From positions 186,001-250,000 of the forward strand of contig NW_026925270.1 of the NCBI RefSeq assembly GCF_032062105.1: a DNA stretch of 64,000 bases, read 5' to 3'. The translations under genes were made by a program, and so were the position numbers. Below, one piece after another: positions 49,643 through 60,799 of this stretch (its first letter is position 1; every line of letters starts with the position of its first letter). The notes under the pieces are model-generated. The model searched no databases and was not told the DNA's origin. It saw nothing but the letters and a program-made list of their open reading frames with translations. This DNA is from Saccostrea cucullata. Lineage: Eukaryota.

Positions 49643-52600
49643 CTAACAACAGGATCGCTGTTGTTTTTCGAAAAAGTTGAAGTCCATAAGAAAACTTGCA
49701 CCCAGAAGAAGAATCTTATGTTGAACTTTTAATGGTTGGAGATCTAGAAGAACATAACACATTTAATTAAAGTAAAACTTTGTTATAACAATGTCACAGG
49801 GACCTATGAAATTACTTTGCTATATCCGTAATTTGTTTTATCTGTATAAGGAATTCGTTAAATTTATATAGCTGGGGATCAAAGATAACTTTGTTATATA
49901 AGTGAATTCACAATATCCGTATTCGTACAAAGCGAATTTTAAAGTATTATCTATAAACCTTTTTTTATAAACTTAGATTAAAGCTATACAATATCATGTT
50001 AATCAACAACTATTTTTCATAATTTGTCAGTTGACAGTTGACACTGAAGCTAAAACAAATTTTACTTCTTTTGGCAGATAGAAATTTTGCAAGTTTAAAC
50101 TTTATTTTAACAATGTTCATGTATATTTTACATTTGTAACCACCCTATCAAGGCCTATAAACACATGTTTCATTCAATCAGTTAATTTATTAACACCAAA
50201 AACAATCATTTGCGATTGCATTAATTCAATAGTTTTTGACATAGTGTTTATCAATATGAATGTTGAAATATTGTAAAAATAACAAATTTTCTATAGTTAA
50301 AACGAAATGGTATAGTTTAAGAGATGGTAAATCTAGGTTTATCAACAAAATCTATTGTTAACGTTTTATTACATAAATATAACTTAGATATATCATTCGT
50401 AAAAATGTTAACAACCGTTAAATATAATATACAGATAAAATATACTAACAAGAAATCGTTAACTATACTTAACAAATACGTTAAATATAGTTTACAGTTT
50501 GTTAACTAAGTTTACATAAATATACAATTGTAAACATACTGACTTAAAAGAAATGGTAAAGTCAATATATAAATATACATGTAAATATACAACTATTTTT
50601 CATAATTTGTAAAGTTGAAGTGTTACATAAATATAAACAAATTTTACTTCTTTTAAAAGAAATTTTGTCAAGTTTCACATAAACATATTTGTAATATACC
50701 AACTTACAAGAATATGCAGTTAACTTTACAGGCTTACAAAAAATGGTAAAGTCAAGTGATATATTAATGTACTGACTTATAAGAGATGGTAAAGTCTATT
50801 CCTAAGTAATGTACAGACTTATAAGAGATGGTAAAGTCTATTCCTAAGTGGTACATAAATATACAAACTTATAAGAAATGGTAAAGTCAAGACAAGTGGT
50901 ATTTAAATACACAGATTTGCAAGAGATGGTAAGGTATAGTTGTAAATTAATGTAAACTTACTTAAGGAGGCTCATTACACCACTTTTTGATGGTACATAA
51001 ATATAAAAATAAATCCATGTGTCGACCGGTTTACAAGAAATGGTAAGTTAAGAGGTACATAAATATACTGACCTTTAAATACGCTTTAAAAAAATGAAAC
51101 ATGTCAAGTGGTACAGAAAATAAGTAAATATTCATTATGCATAAAAATGGAAGGATTGCTTTTAGGCATAAATATAAAGAAAATACAACAAATCTTACAA
51201 ACAAGTAATGTCAATTACATAGCCATGCATACAGTGAACTCTATCAATCACTGACATGTATGTACAGGAAATGGTTAAAATCTACAACCTTGTTGAAATT
51301 AAAATTTTATTTAATTACTATTTACTGTGTTGGTGTTAATTTATATATTTGTTTTATTGATTTAAATGTATACTCTGGCAATTTAAAGCTTTATTCTGAA
51401 TTTTAGATGTAATGTAAAGTCCATAGTGTTTTGAGTCTTGGCTAATTAGGAAAGATAACTCTTGAAAGTGGACTTTTTATACCAAATATTTTTTAAATGG
51501 ATTTTTCATTTCGTTTAAATATTCTTCATTCAATTTGACACATGCAATTCATTGAAATACATTCATTGTCTCTTCATAACACATTTTTAAAATGTTTTAT
51601 GCATAGATTAAAAAGATAATGACATTAATTGATTTTTAGGAGAAAATTACTTTTTCTAATCAAATTATTATTTGGTATTATGATATATTCAATGTGTACT
51701 GTCTTATAAGAAGATGTAAATCATATTGGCATTGAAAGTAATGAAATTCTTGAATAATAAATGAAATAAAACATTTCACTAAAATGGTACATAAATATAA
51801 AAATTTATAAAAAATATTTAAAGTCAAGACAATTGGATATTTGACATCTACATTATAAGTTGTGCTGTATTGAAATCTAAAATAAACTGTGGATGTAATG
51901 AGCCACCTTAAATGGTAAAGTTAAGTACTATGGTATATTAATATTAATATAACATACTTACAGTCAATGGTGAAGTCATTGTGAGTTCCACAGAAGTCTC
52001 CACAGTCACCCGCTGTAACCTTCCTGATTTCTGCCACCCTCTGTCCTCCCATGGCATCTGATATCTTAAACAATCAAACGGAAACATTACCCAATAAATA
52101 CAAACACAAAACAACATCAATCTGGTAGACTAAAATGGTTTCTTAATAAACTTACTGTTATTACAATATCTGAACACAGCTTGCATAAACAACAGGAAAA
52201 TTCTACTTTATAGACCACAGATTCAGTTTCATCTATAATTTTGTATGAAGGACAACAACAGCGACTGGAAAACAAAAAGTTATCAAGATCACACTGATAA
52301 AATAAAACATTTATAATTATTAATTAACATATTCAAAATAGATTTGAAAGAAGATATCTATATCAAATCTCAAAGAGCAGAAAGGAAAAGATGTATATTT
52401 ATCAGAATGTGTTAAATTTTTTATATTAAATGCTTATGTTTTAATAATGAGGTGAAATTTATTTTCAGCCTTATGAGCCAAAATATAGCTGTACAATGCA
52501 AAATATCTTTTAAAATCAAACAGAATCCCCCTTACTCCTCCATGATGGCCCCAATCTCTTGACCGGGAGGACTTTCTATACTGAGTTCCTGTACACAGCA

Positions 52601-53306
52601 GCACCACCACCAACAAACTCCACAGGGGCACCTTAAGGGCCGCTGCAATCTGATCAGTTCTTGACCATCTTGATTGCTGAACTTCAGAACAAATCCTCTC
52701 ATAGCCCCCAAACACTGACGAGCATAGCACTCAGAGACTGAATATAAGATAATAATTTTCTTTTTAAGGAAATGATCCACAAAAGGGTAATTTTTAGGCC
52801 TCATTATCATACTTTAATGTATAAATTATAGAATCTAATAAACAAAATATTGAAGAATTACTCAGAATTTCTTTGCATGGGTTTTTCCATGTTTTCAAAA
52901 ACAATTGCTATACAATACCTTCTTGAGCATACAATATAGAATCTTCTTCTTTACCATATACACTGTATCGACTTGGTCTTTGAAAACACACTGAAAAAAA
53001 CAATAATATTAAAGAGTGAAGGACTTGCTTGAATTTCAAATTTCTTATTTATCAAATAGAACTGTGGGCATATGTGCATTATATATACATGTCATGGCCA
53101 AATTAAGGGCCACTTCAACTATGTTTGAAAGACATATTAAGCTTCTTTGTAATTGTATTGTAATATAACAAGACTATTATTCACTCACTATCCCCTGCTT
53201 CCAAGTGTTGGTGGACAGTGATTGTGTCTAGGGACTCTAGATCCTTTAACCCCGGTGGTAACGCCTCATCATTTCCTGGCTGTAAAGTGATAGGCATCTC
53301 CTCCAT
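49643..53306 (-). CDS. PLSCR-like: Phospholipid scramblase family protein, ~234 aa
   Basis: Exons 53306-53189 (LPPGLKDLESLDTITVHQHLE), 52990-52919, 52737-52536 (CYARQCLGAMRGF..RLQRPLRCPCGVCWWWCCCVQELSIESPPGQEIG), 52264-52156, 52064-51962 (NDFTID), 49743-49643 (KILLLGASFLMDFNFFEKQQRSCC*). Phases are consistent; 705 nt. Confidence 0.9.
50320..51930. repeat. Degenerate tandem repeat (gtacataaatatacagacttataagagatggtaaagtca) in the last scramblase intron, with a nested TTAA element
   Basis: Repeated atggtaaagtc core at 50530-51060. TTAA|ggaggctcattacacc at 50966 and gatgtaatgagccacc|TTAA ending at 51907. Confidence 0.6.
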
Positions 53307-53473
53307 TTGGTGAGGGTTGCATGGATCTTGTGAGTGTTCTATATTCTACACTTCAGAAATAGCTAGTCTGAAGATAACCTGCAATTAAAAAAACAACAAT
53401 ATTTTGGACTTGATCAGGCTTTGCTTTTGGTGTTTTGACAGGCTGTGTTATTACTATATGACCAGTTACTTAA

Positions 53474-53921
53474 CAGGTCCAGCACAACACCCCGATAAAG
53501 GTATATAGCTTGATAAAGCTATATAGCTTTATCAAGGTATTTAAAATACCTTGATCAAGGTATTTTATGTAATGAAAATTCAAAAAAAATCTTTAAAAAT
53601 TAAATACTGAAAGTCGAGTTCTGAGTTTTTGTCAATGTGTCTACTAGTGCATGAAAAACACTCTGGTATCAAAAAGAAAGCATAAAATAACGTCTCCTCA
53701 CACGACACGTTTTTGTACTGATTTGTTTGTGTTTGAGTACTTTATATGCATGGGTGAATTTACTGACAACTCAGAACTCGACTTTCAGTAATTAATTTTT
53801 AAATAATTTTTTTGAATTTTCATTACATAAAATACCTTGATCAAGGTATTTTAAATACCTTGATAAAGCTATATAGCTTTATCAAGCTATATACCTTTAT
53901 CGGGGTATTGTGCTGGACCTG
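53474..53921. mobile_element. MITE with ~160-bp TIRs and 5-bp TSD CTTAA
   Basis: CTTAA|caggtccagcacaacaccccgataaagg at the left end and cctttatcggggtattgtgctggacctg|CTTAA at the right end. The arms are nearly perfect and contain internal palindromes. Confidence 0.9.
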
Positions 53922-54761
53922 CTTAAGCTGTTAAGGGGTGTCACTGACATACTTGCCAAGTAAATATTGCAAATTAACGATATTCATTTTTTTTATCCCT
54001 TCAGGGTAAAATATGCTAACGGTAGTTAAATTGTAGGAATGTGTGATATTTTAATACTTACCCTTGCCACGTATTTGTCTGTAGCAGCAACTTTGTAAGA
54101 AATATACTCAGATACTGAAATGTCAACAATTAAAATGAAAGTACCTGCTAGGATTACTTTCGTGTTTGAGGAACATCGAGCCCGAATATAAATTTAGGGT
54201 TGAAACAAAATTATCTTATAATATTTATTACAAAACGTACTGGGCAGAGGTTAATATTATATCTAATATGTTGGCTTTTATAATCAGGGTTTACTGTAGT
54301 GGGGGTGACCATTTGATTCTGAAGGACGGGCGTCCGGGTCACAAAAAAATTCGAGGACCGAAGGACAGATTTGTAGCTCACCCGAGCTAAATTAGGCTCT
54401 CGTGGCCTTTGGTTGCAATATTATATTTATTCATTCAACAATTATTTTACAATTGTGAGGTCGTTTAAATATTTTCACACTAATCGTCTACGAGTTCTTT
54501 CGTTTACGCGAACGGAGAACGTATAGCGATCTATATGAAGCTGATCAACGATCTAATTCAATTAGATTGGGAATGCTTATTCCTTCATGTCATCTGATCC
54601 ATCTTCTGAGGTTTTTAGAGGTCTGTGTTTGCTCTGTTCCGAATAAGTATTATTCTTGCATGCACTAAATATTCAGACTTAATTTTCTTTTCTCCATATT
54701 TCAATCCAAGAATACATTTTTAAAAATGTTTCAATTCACGTCCACATTATTATCTGTTGTC

Positions 54762-54790
54762 GCCTGCGTGGCGCAGTGGTTAGGACATCT
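54762..54790 (+). mobile_element. tRNA-like SINE head, truncated by a downstream insertion
   Basis: gcctgcgtggcgcagtggttagg matches the Pol III A-box, but no anticodon or T arm follows. It abuts gggctcgtttctcaaaaag, which resembles a DNA-transposon terminus. Confidence 0.45.
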
Positions 54791-57594
54791 GGGCTCGTTT
54801 CTCAAAAAGTCGTAGATTTTGGCCTAAGTTAGTCTGACTAAAAAAGTTACGCCAAAAATTAGACGGGTCTAAATCGCGTTTCAGAAAGCGGTGTAAGACT
54901 TGTTGGCCTAAAAAGAACCTCTCCGCTAGGTACTAAGCAACGCAGACCGTATTTTATTTGGTTTAGAGACAAAACATGTGGCTCTCACAATTGAACTGAT
55001 TACAAAAAGTGAAGCCAAAAAAGTTGAAAATTTTCCCTGGCTTTTCATTCTTTCAGTCAGATATAATATTGCAAATCCATCTGTATTTTTCAAGGTCAGA
55101 GCATATTACATACTAGAAAGTAGTTGAATTTATACCCGGGAAATCTTTTCAACAGCTTGATAATTTTTAGGGTTACACCTGATGAGTCACACACAAAAAA
55201 TTGAGCAAATCTTTTGTTATTATTTTGGACACCCACCTCAAAGTTACATACACAAATTTTTTATTAAATAGTTATATGTATTTTGGTATCTCTTTATTAA
55301 TAAATTTTAAAAGTTTTGAATTTTTTACTTTTAAAGAAAAAAAATAAACATACAGTATACCGTGTATATATGTACATTTTGAAAATTTGGAATAAAAAGA
55401 AATTTTCTTATGCAGTAAAAGCCATATATGGTAAGGGGGGGGAACAGACTCGTAGCAATATATTTGATAGCAAATGTTAACTGTAAACCTGGGGGGACCC
55501 CCAGTTCAAGTGATGTGTCGATAATGAAGTATTTTCTACTAGAAAATTTTAAATACGAAAAGAGAGTTAGAACCCCCCCCCCCCCCCACCTCCCACGAAA
55601 TATAGGCATACTATGAAAAATTTAACAATTTTGAAATCATGTTATAATGATAGTGATTAAAAAAAACATGGATAAGAGCATTTTGCAAAAAATTATCAGT
55701 TGCTTAAATTTATAATATCTTTATTTATTCAATACGAATTAAACATATTGGCATTTAAAAAACACTGATACATGTATACCTACAGTGTATATTTATAATA
55801 CTAGTATTGTATTTTGGACACATAGTATTACATTGATATCTATATAATAATTTACATGGTCCATTTAAAAGTACGTATATATAGCAATTTGTTTGTTATC
55901 AATGATGGCTTATCAAAAGCAAATTAGTTTTAAATCTATAATTCTTGTGAACATATTACCGACAAAAATCTAGAATTTTTTGAAAATTTCTCGATTTCAA
56001 TTTTCCATTTCAATATTTTCAAATCTATTTAATAAATTGTACAAAGATTTAATAAACAAATTTTTCAAAGATTTAATATAACAAATTGTTCAAATTTTTT
56101 ATTAAATTTTACAAACGATTTATTAAATCATACAAATGACATATAAAATTGTACAAACGATCTATTAAATTGTACAAACGATTTATTAAATCATAAAAAC
56201 ATGATTAATTTTTACAAAATTTATAATTATCGATTTATTAAATACAAACAATTTGTTAAATTTCAACCTTATAATATAAATCGTTAAAACGATTTTTTTA
56301 AAATCTACAAAAAAACCCTTTTACGTGCCTAAAATGTCATTAATATTTAAAACAATCGGTTGCTAGTCGCTAATTTTGTCATTCCTATTCGATAATTTTT
56401 AGCTTTTTTTAATCGATGATTAATTGGTTTATATGCAATAAAGTTGTTGTTGAAAACCTAATACCATCATTTATGAAAAAAAAAATACTTTAATTATAAT
56501 CTGGAATTTTAACATAATTTTTTTTATGATCTTAAAATGTTGTTTTTTAATTATTTTTCAATAACATGATTGCAAGGGGGAAATATGACAAATTAAACTA
56601 TAATTAGTTGTAAAGTCAATTACATAGGAATATAAAGTTTAACATTATTATCGAATATAAATCATTTTATATATAGTATTAAAACAAAATTTTAAAATAT
56701 TGGAAATAAAACATTTTCTCTCTTCAAACTTACAAAAAAGATCAGCATAAATTAAGCTGTTGCTATTTAATATTAAATAAATGTGTTTCGTTTTATACAT
56801 TGATGGAGTAAAAATAGAGGATTTAGTTATTCAGAATACAAATTTATTTAATTGATTATGTCTTGTATCAATTTTTGACAAAGAGAAATATGTCTTAATA
56901 TAAAGTACATGTTGATAAATTATAAGACTTAAAGTCATTGATAACAGAAAACACATTACTGAACATTAAAAAGATATTAATACAAAATGTAGTAAAAAAA
57001 AATTTTTTTCAGAAATCAAGTCACCCAACTTGTATTTAAAATTCTTAATCACATCAAGTTTGAGCCAATCAGAGAGCTTAGAATTAAAGGTGATATCACC
57101 TTTTCTAATTTTCTATCACCTATTCGTATAAGGTGGTATCACCTATTCGAAAAGGTTATATTCATATAATTATGTACAGTCATTAATGAATAGGTATATA
57201 TATCGTACTACACTGGAACCAAGAAAAATAATCATTCTTTTAACGATTTTTATGTTAAAACACATGATATATTGAAATAAATTAATTTGTACAGCAAAAA
57301 AAAAACTTACAGCTGTTCACGGGAAAAGGTGATATAAACCACAATTGAATAAGTGATATCACCTTTTTTTGTGATATCACAAATTCAAATCACTTAGGTG
57401 ATATCACTGATTTGGAACAGATGATATCACTTATTCAAATGGGATAGGCCTTTTTGCAGTAAATACCAAAACGGGGCCTCATACCTATGAATAAAATCAC
57501 AGTAGTGAAAACCCAATCTTAAAAATATGTGTTTTTATGCTGTTGAATTTTGAACCGGTTTCATGATCAAAATTAAACCGGTCTCAGTTTTCAA

Positions 57595-57752
57595 CGGATT
57601 GTTGGCACGAAAAAGAACCCTCCCTGCTCAACGGCCTTAGTGCCGAGTATAGGACAAAACTTGTAGCTCTCTACCGGCAAGTGGTAGCGTCTCCAGATGA
57701 GTGAAAGATTCTCGAGAGGGACGTTAAACAACATACAATCAATGAATCAATA
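57595..57752 (+). mobile_element. SINE 3' body and tail
   Basis: ggcacgaaaaagaaccctccctgctcaa..gagtgaaagattctcgagagggacgttaaacaa followed by a (caat)n tail. Homologous to 47960-48232. Confidence 0.65.
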
Positions 57753-57949
57753 TCACCTGTTAATAAATTATTTGAATATAAATATTTATATAAAAATAGA
57801 CAGCCTGTCTGAATTTGTTCTATTCTGCTTCCATCATAATTATTATTCGTCGCTGGAAAAAAAAGTTATAAAAAATGAAGAAAACGAGCATTGGTCGATC
57901 ACAATAAATGTTTTATAAATTAATAATAATGATTTGGAAGCATGGGGAA

Positions 57950-58280
57950 AACAGGCTTTCTGGGAATTCCGTAGGTGGGATCAAGTGCCTAGAGTAAGTG
58001 AACATCCCCTGTTAATTTATCATATCCATCGTAAGTCTTATATATTGATCAAGTAGTCTGTAAAGCCGAAGTCAATGGCCTCAACTGGTACCGTATGAAA
58101 CATGCCAGTCCAACTTAAAGTCCTATGTTAGGTAGTATTTGCAAACAAGACCATTTGAATGACCACATGCTTTTCGAAATAAAACTTAAAACGAGGCTGT
58201 TGAAATCCCCATGACATCAACTTATAGACCAGTAGCCTGTCTCGGTTTAAAAAAAAAGAAAGATTGTATCGTATAATTTG
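57950..58280 (-). mobile_element. Penelope-like retroelement fragment
   Basis: Minus-strand peptide FLNRDRLLVYKLMSWGFQQPRFKFYFEK, plus the reverse complement of the ggggatg..cact.gatcccacct tail. Confidence 0.55.
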
Positions 58281-60799
58281 AGAAGCATAAACACAGTAGA
58301 ATATTTCTATAAATAAAAAGAAAGTTGACGATGGAAAAGCCGAAGTCATTGTTTTGTTATATAGTTTTGTTGGAAGTTGATCTTTTGTTGTCGGTAAAAT
58401 ATTCAAAAGTGTAACAATTGTCAGATATTATGCATGTTGTCTTTAATTTTTAATATCACAGCGATATAAGAGATAATTGAAAGATTTAGTAAACAATACA
58501 AGTATTGTTAGGGGGCCGAAAACCCTAGGTTTGAGATGACGATTGTGTTGATGCGCTAAAAAAAATATTTTTCATTTTTTAAGATGTAGTTTTATGATAT
58601 TTTCTCTTTTTTTTAATTTCAGACCAATGATTTTAATTCTGGTTATTAGTTTCATCAAAGATATGATGTATGTATTTATTCAAAATAAAATTTTGCTTAG
58701 TATAGCATGGCCTGGCAGGTTAACATTATGGGTTATCTTTTTTCTTTTAATTCCTTATACAGTTTCTTTTCTTCGCCCCATGAATATAAATATACATAGG
58801 TATCAGAAAGTAAAATCAAATTTACAGAGATACTAGTTTAGTGATCGAATGCCTAAAGCTTAATGTTTGCCATTCTGTCTCCGCATTTAAACAGGCCTCC
58901 TGATGATCGAAAATCACAATTTGCTGTTTGGTTCCCTAGGCATATTATTCCAAATATCTGTTTTAAGTATCTTTCAAAAATGTATTTCTTTTCAAAAGAT
59001 TTTATATTTCATTTCTATTTAACTTGATATAATGCACATGAAATTAGGCTGTTGTGTCATCATTCTTTTATTTCAAGGATGATACAGCCCTATAAAATTA
59101 GCCTAAGGCCTAATTTAAACTGTTTGTTTACTTTTTTACTGTGCAAGACGTTACCATTTTGGTCAATGAAATTATCCGTAATAGTGAAAAACTTTCATTA
59201 CTTCCATAATAACAAATTAAGCTTTTAAAAGCACACATGATGTCCTCAACTTAAGGTCTCAACCCTTCAATTTTCAGAGGCCTTGAAATCGATGTCCACC
59301 AGTGGACGAGATTTTTTTTTTTTTGTTGTTGTTGTATTTAGGAGTTTTGGTTTATACCTATTAGGACCCTGAAAATTAACGAGTTTTGTCAAATTCTGCC
59401 GAAAGTATAATGCTTTATAAGAAATAGTTCCGCGTAACTGAAATAATAAAGATAAGCGATGATGGACGATTCAAACGGATTGCACAAAATTCACATGTAG
59501 ATGAAAAATTTAATTATTCATATTATGCAAATAAACCTTAAGAAAAACGTTGACTTGTTGCATTATAACTGACGGTGCCCTACATGCAAGTGATAACAAT
59601 TCACTTTTACATAAACAATACAGACAGTAGTTCACTGTTTAAAAAGAGGTGCGTCCTAAACACTGTTTACGGCCCACTACACAAGAACTCGGTTCACTTG
59701 ACTCAACGATGTGCTTCACTGATAAAGGAAGTGCGCCTGTACCCTCCCTCTGACATGACTTCACGAAACTTAAAACAAACAACACGGAGGAAAACAGTAA
59801 GTGGAGTTTTGTTTTGTTTCGTTTTTTATAAAGGACAATATTGCACATCATATATACGAATTTACAATAAAACGTATAAATTATTTAGAAATCTAATTTG
59901 TTGGGAAAATTTATTTTATTATCAGTATTCAGATTCATTAGAAAAATTGTATGTAAAAATTAAATCACGTACAATTTTCTTAATACTATACGACTTTTGT
60001 CATTATTTCGTGCTGTCATCTTAAGGATGGTCTGTTTTTATGTTATATTTGTCTTGTTAGAAATATATCTTTCCAACTGACAAAAAAAAATACATAAATG
60101 TTGGTATGAGAAATGAACTAAACCCAAAATATTAGTACTCGAGTAACTAGTCTAACAATGTCATTTAAAGACAATTTGAAATCTCTCAGAAATCTGTTTA
60201 AAACGTCAAATGGAATCTTGATAAAGGGCCCATCTTGTATGTTATACGTGGATGATGAAGGTAATTACAGAGGGAAATTTCACGGTGTCTTACCCCCGGC
60301 CATTAGATAAAACCCGATAAAAGTTCAGAAGATTGAAAACAAAAACCAAAGCAAAAATCCTTCATTAACATTGACCTTTAAAATGATGTTGACTCATTAA
60401 CAAAAGGATGTAAAATGGGTCACTGGAATAGCAATGTGGAACACTACGCTTGCATCAAGAATTTTATAAATGCATTTTAATTAAAGGAACTGCATGTTAA
60501 AATAAAAGAAAAAAAACCTCCGATTATTTTTCATATTTCACTATTTTAATCTTAATTGCAGATATGACTAAATATATGTATTGTACTTCACCTGAATGCT
60601 AAAAACATTTTGCAATACCTGAACTATTGACCATCAGTCACCTACTACCTTTGAGTACGAAGCAACTCAGGGAACTAGATTTCTGTACAAGTACAAGCAA
60701 TTTTATTAAGTGACATTATGGTCTGGTGATTTTAATTTCATAATGTGTTTGTCTAATCAATTCAAACTGGACACTAAGTTCTAGTGATGTCTATTTCAG

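Noticed and set aside
54762-54790. Possible tRNA gene
   Set aside because: Only the 5' acceptor/D-arm-like part is present, with no anticodon or T arm.
59575-60024. 149-aa + strand ORF
   Set aside because: GTG start, AT-rich composition and no motif. It spans a likely non-coding first exon and donor (aaaaca|gtaagt at ~59797) of the Ig-lectin gene.
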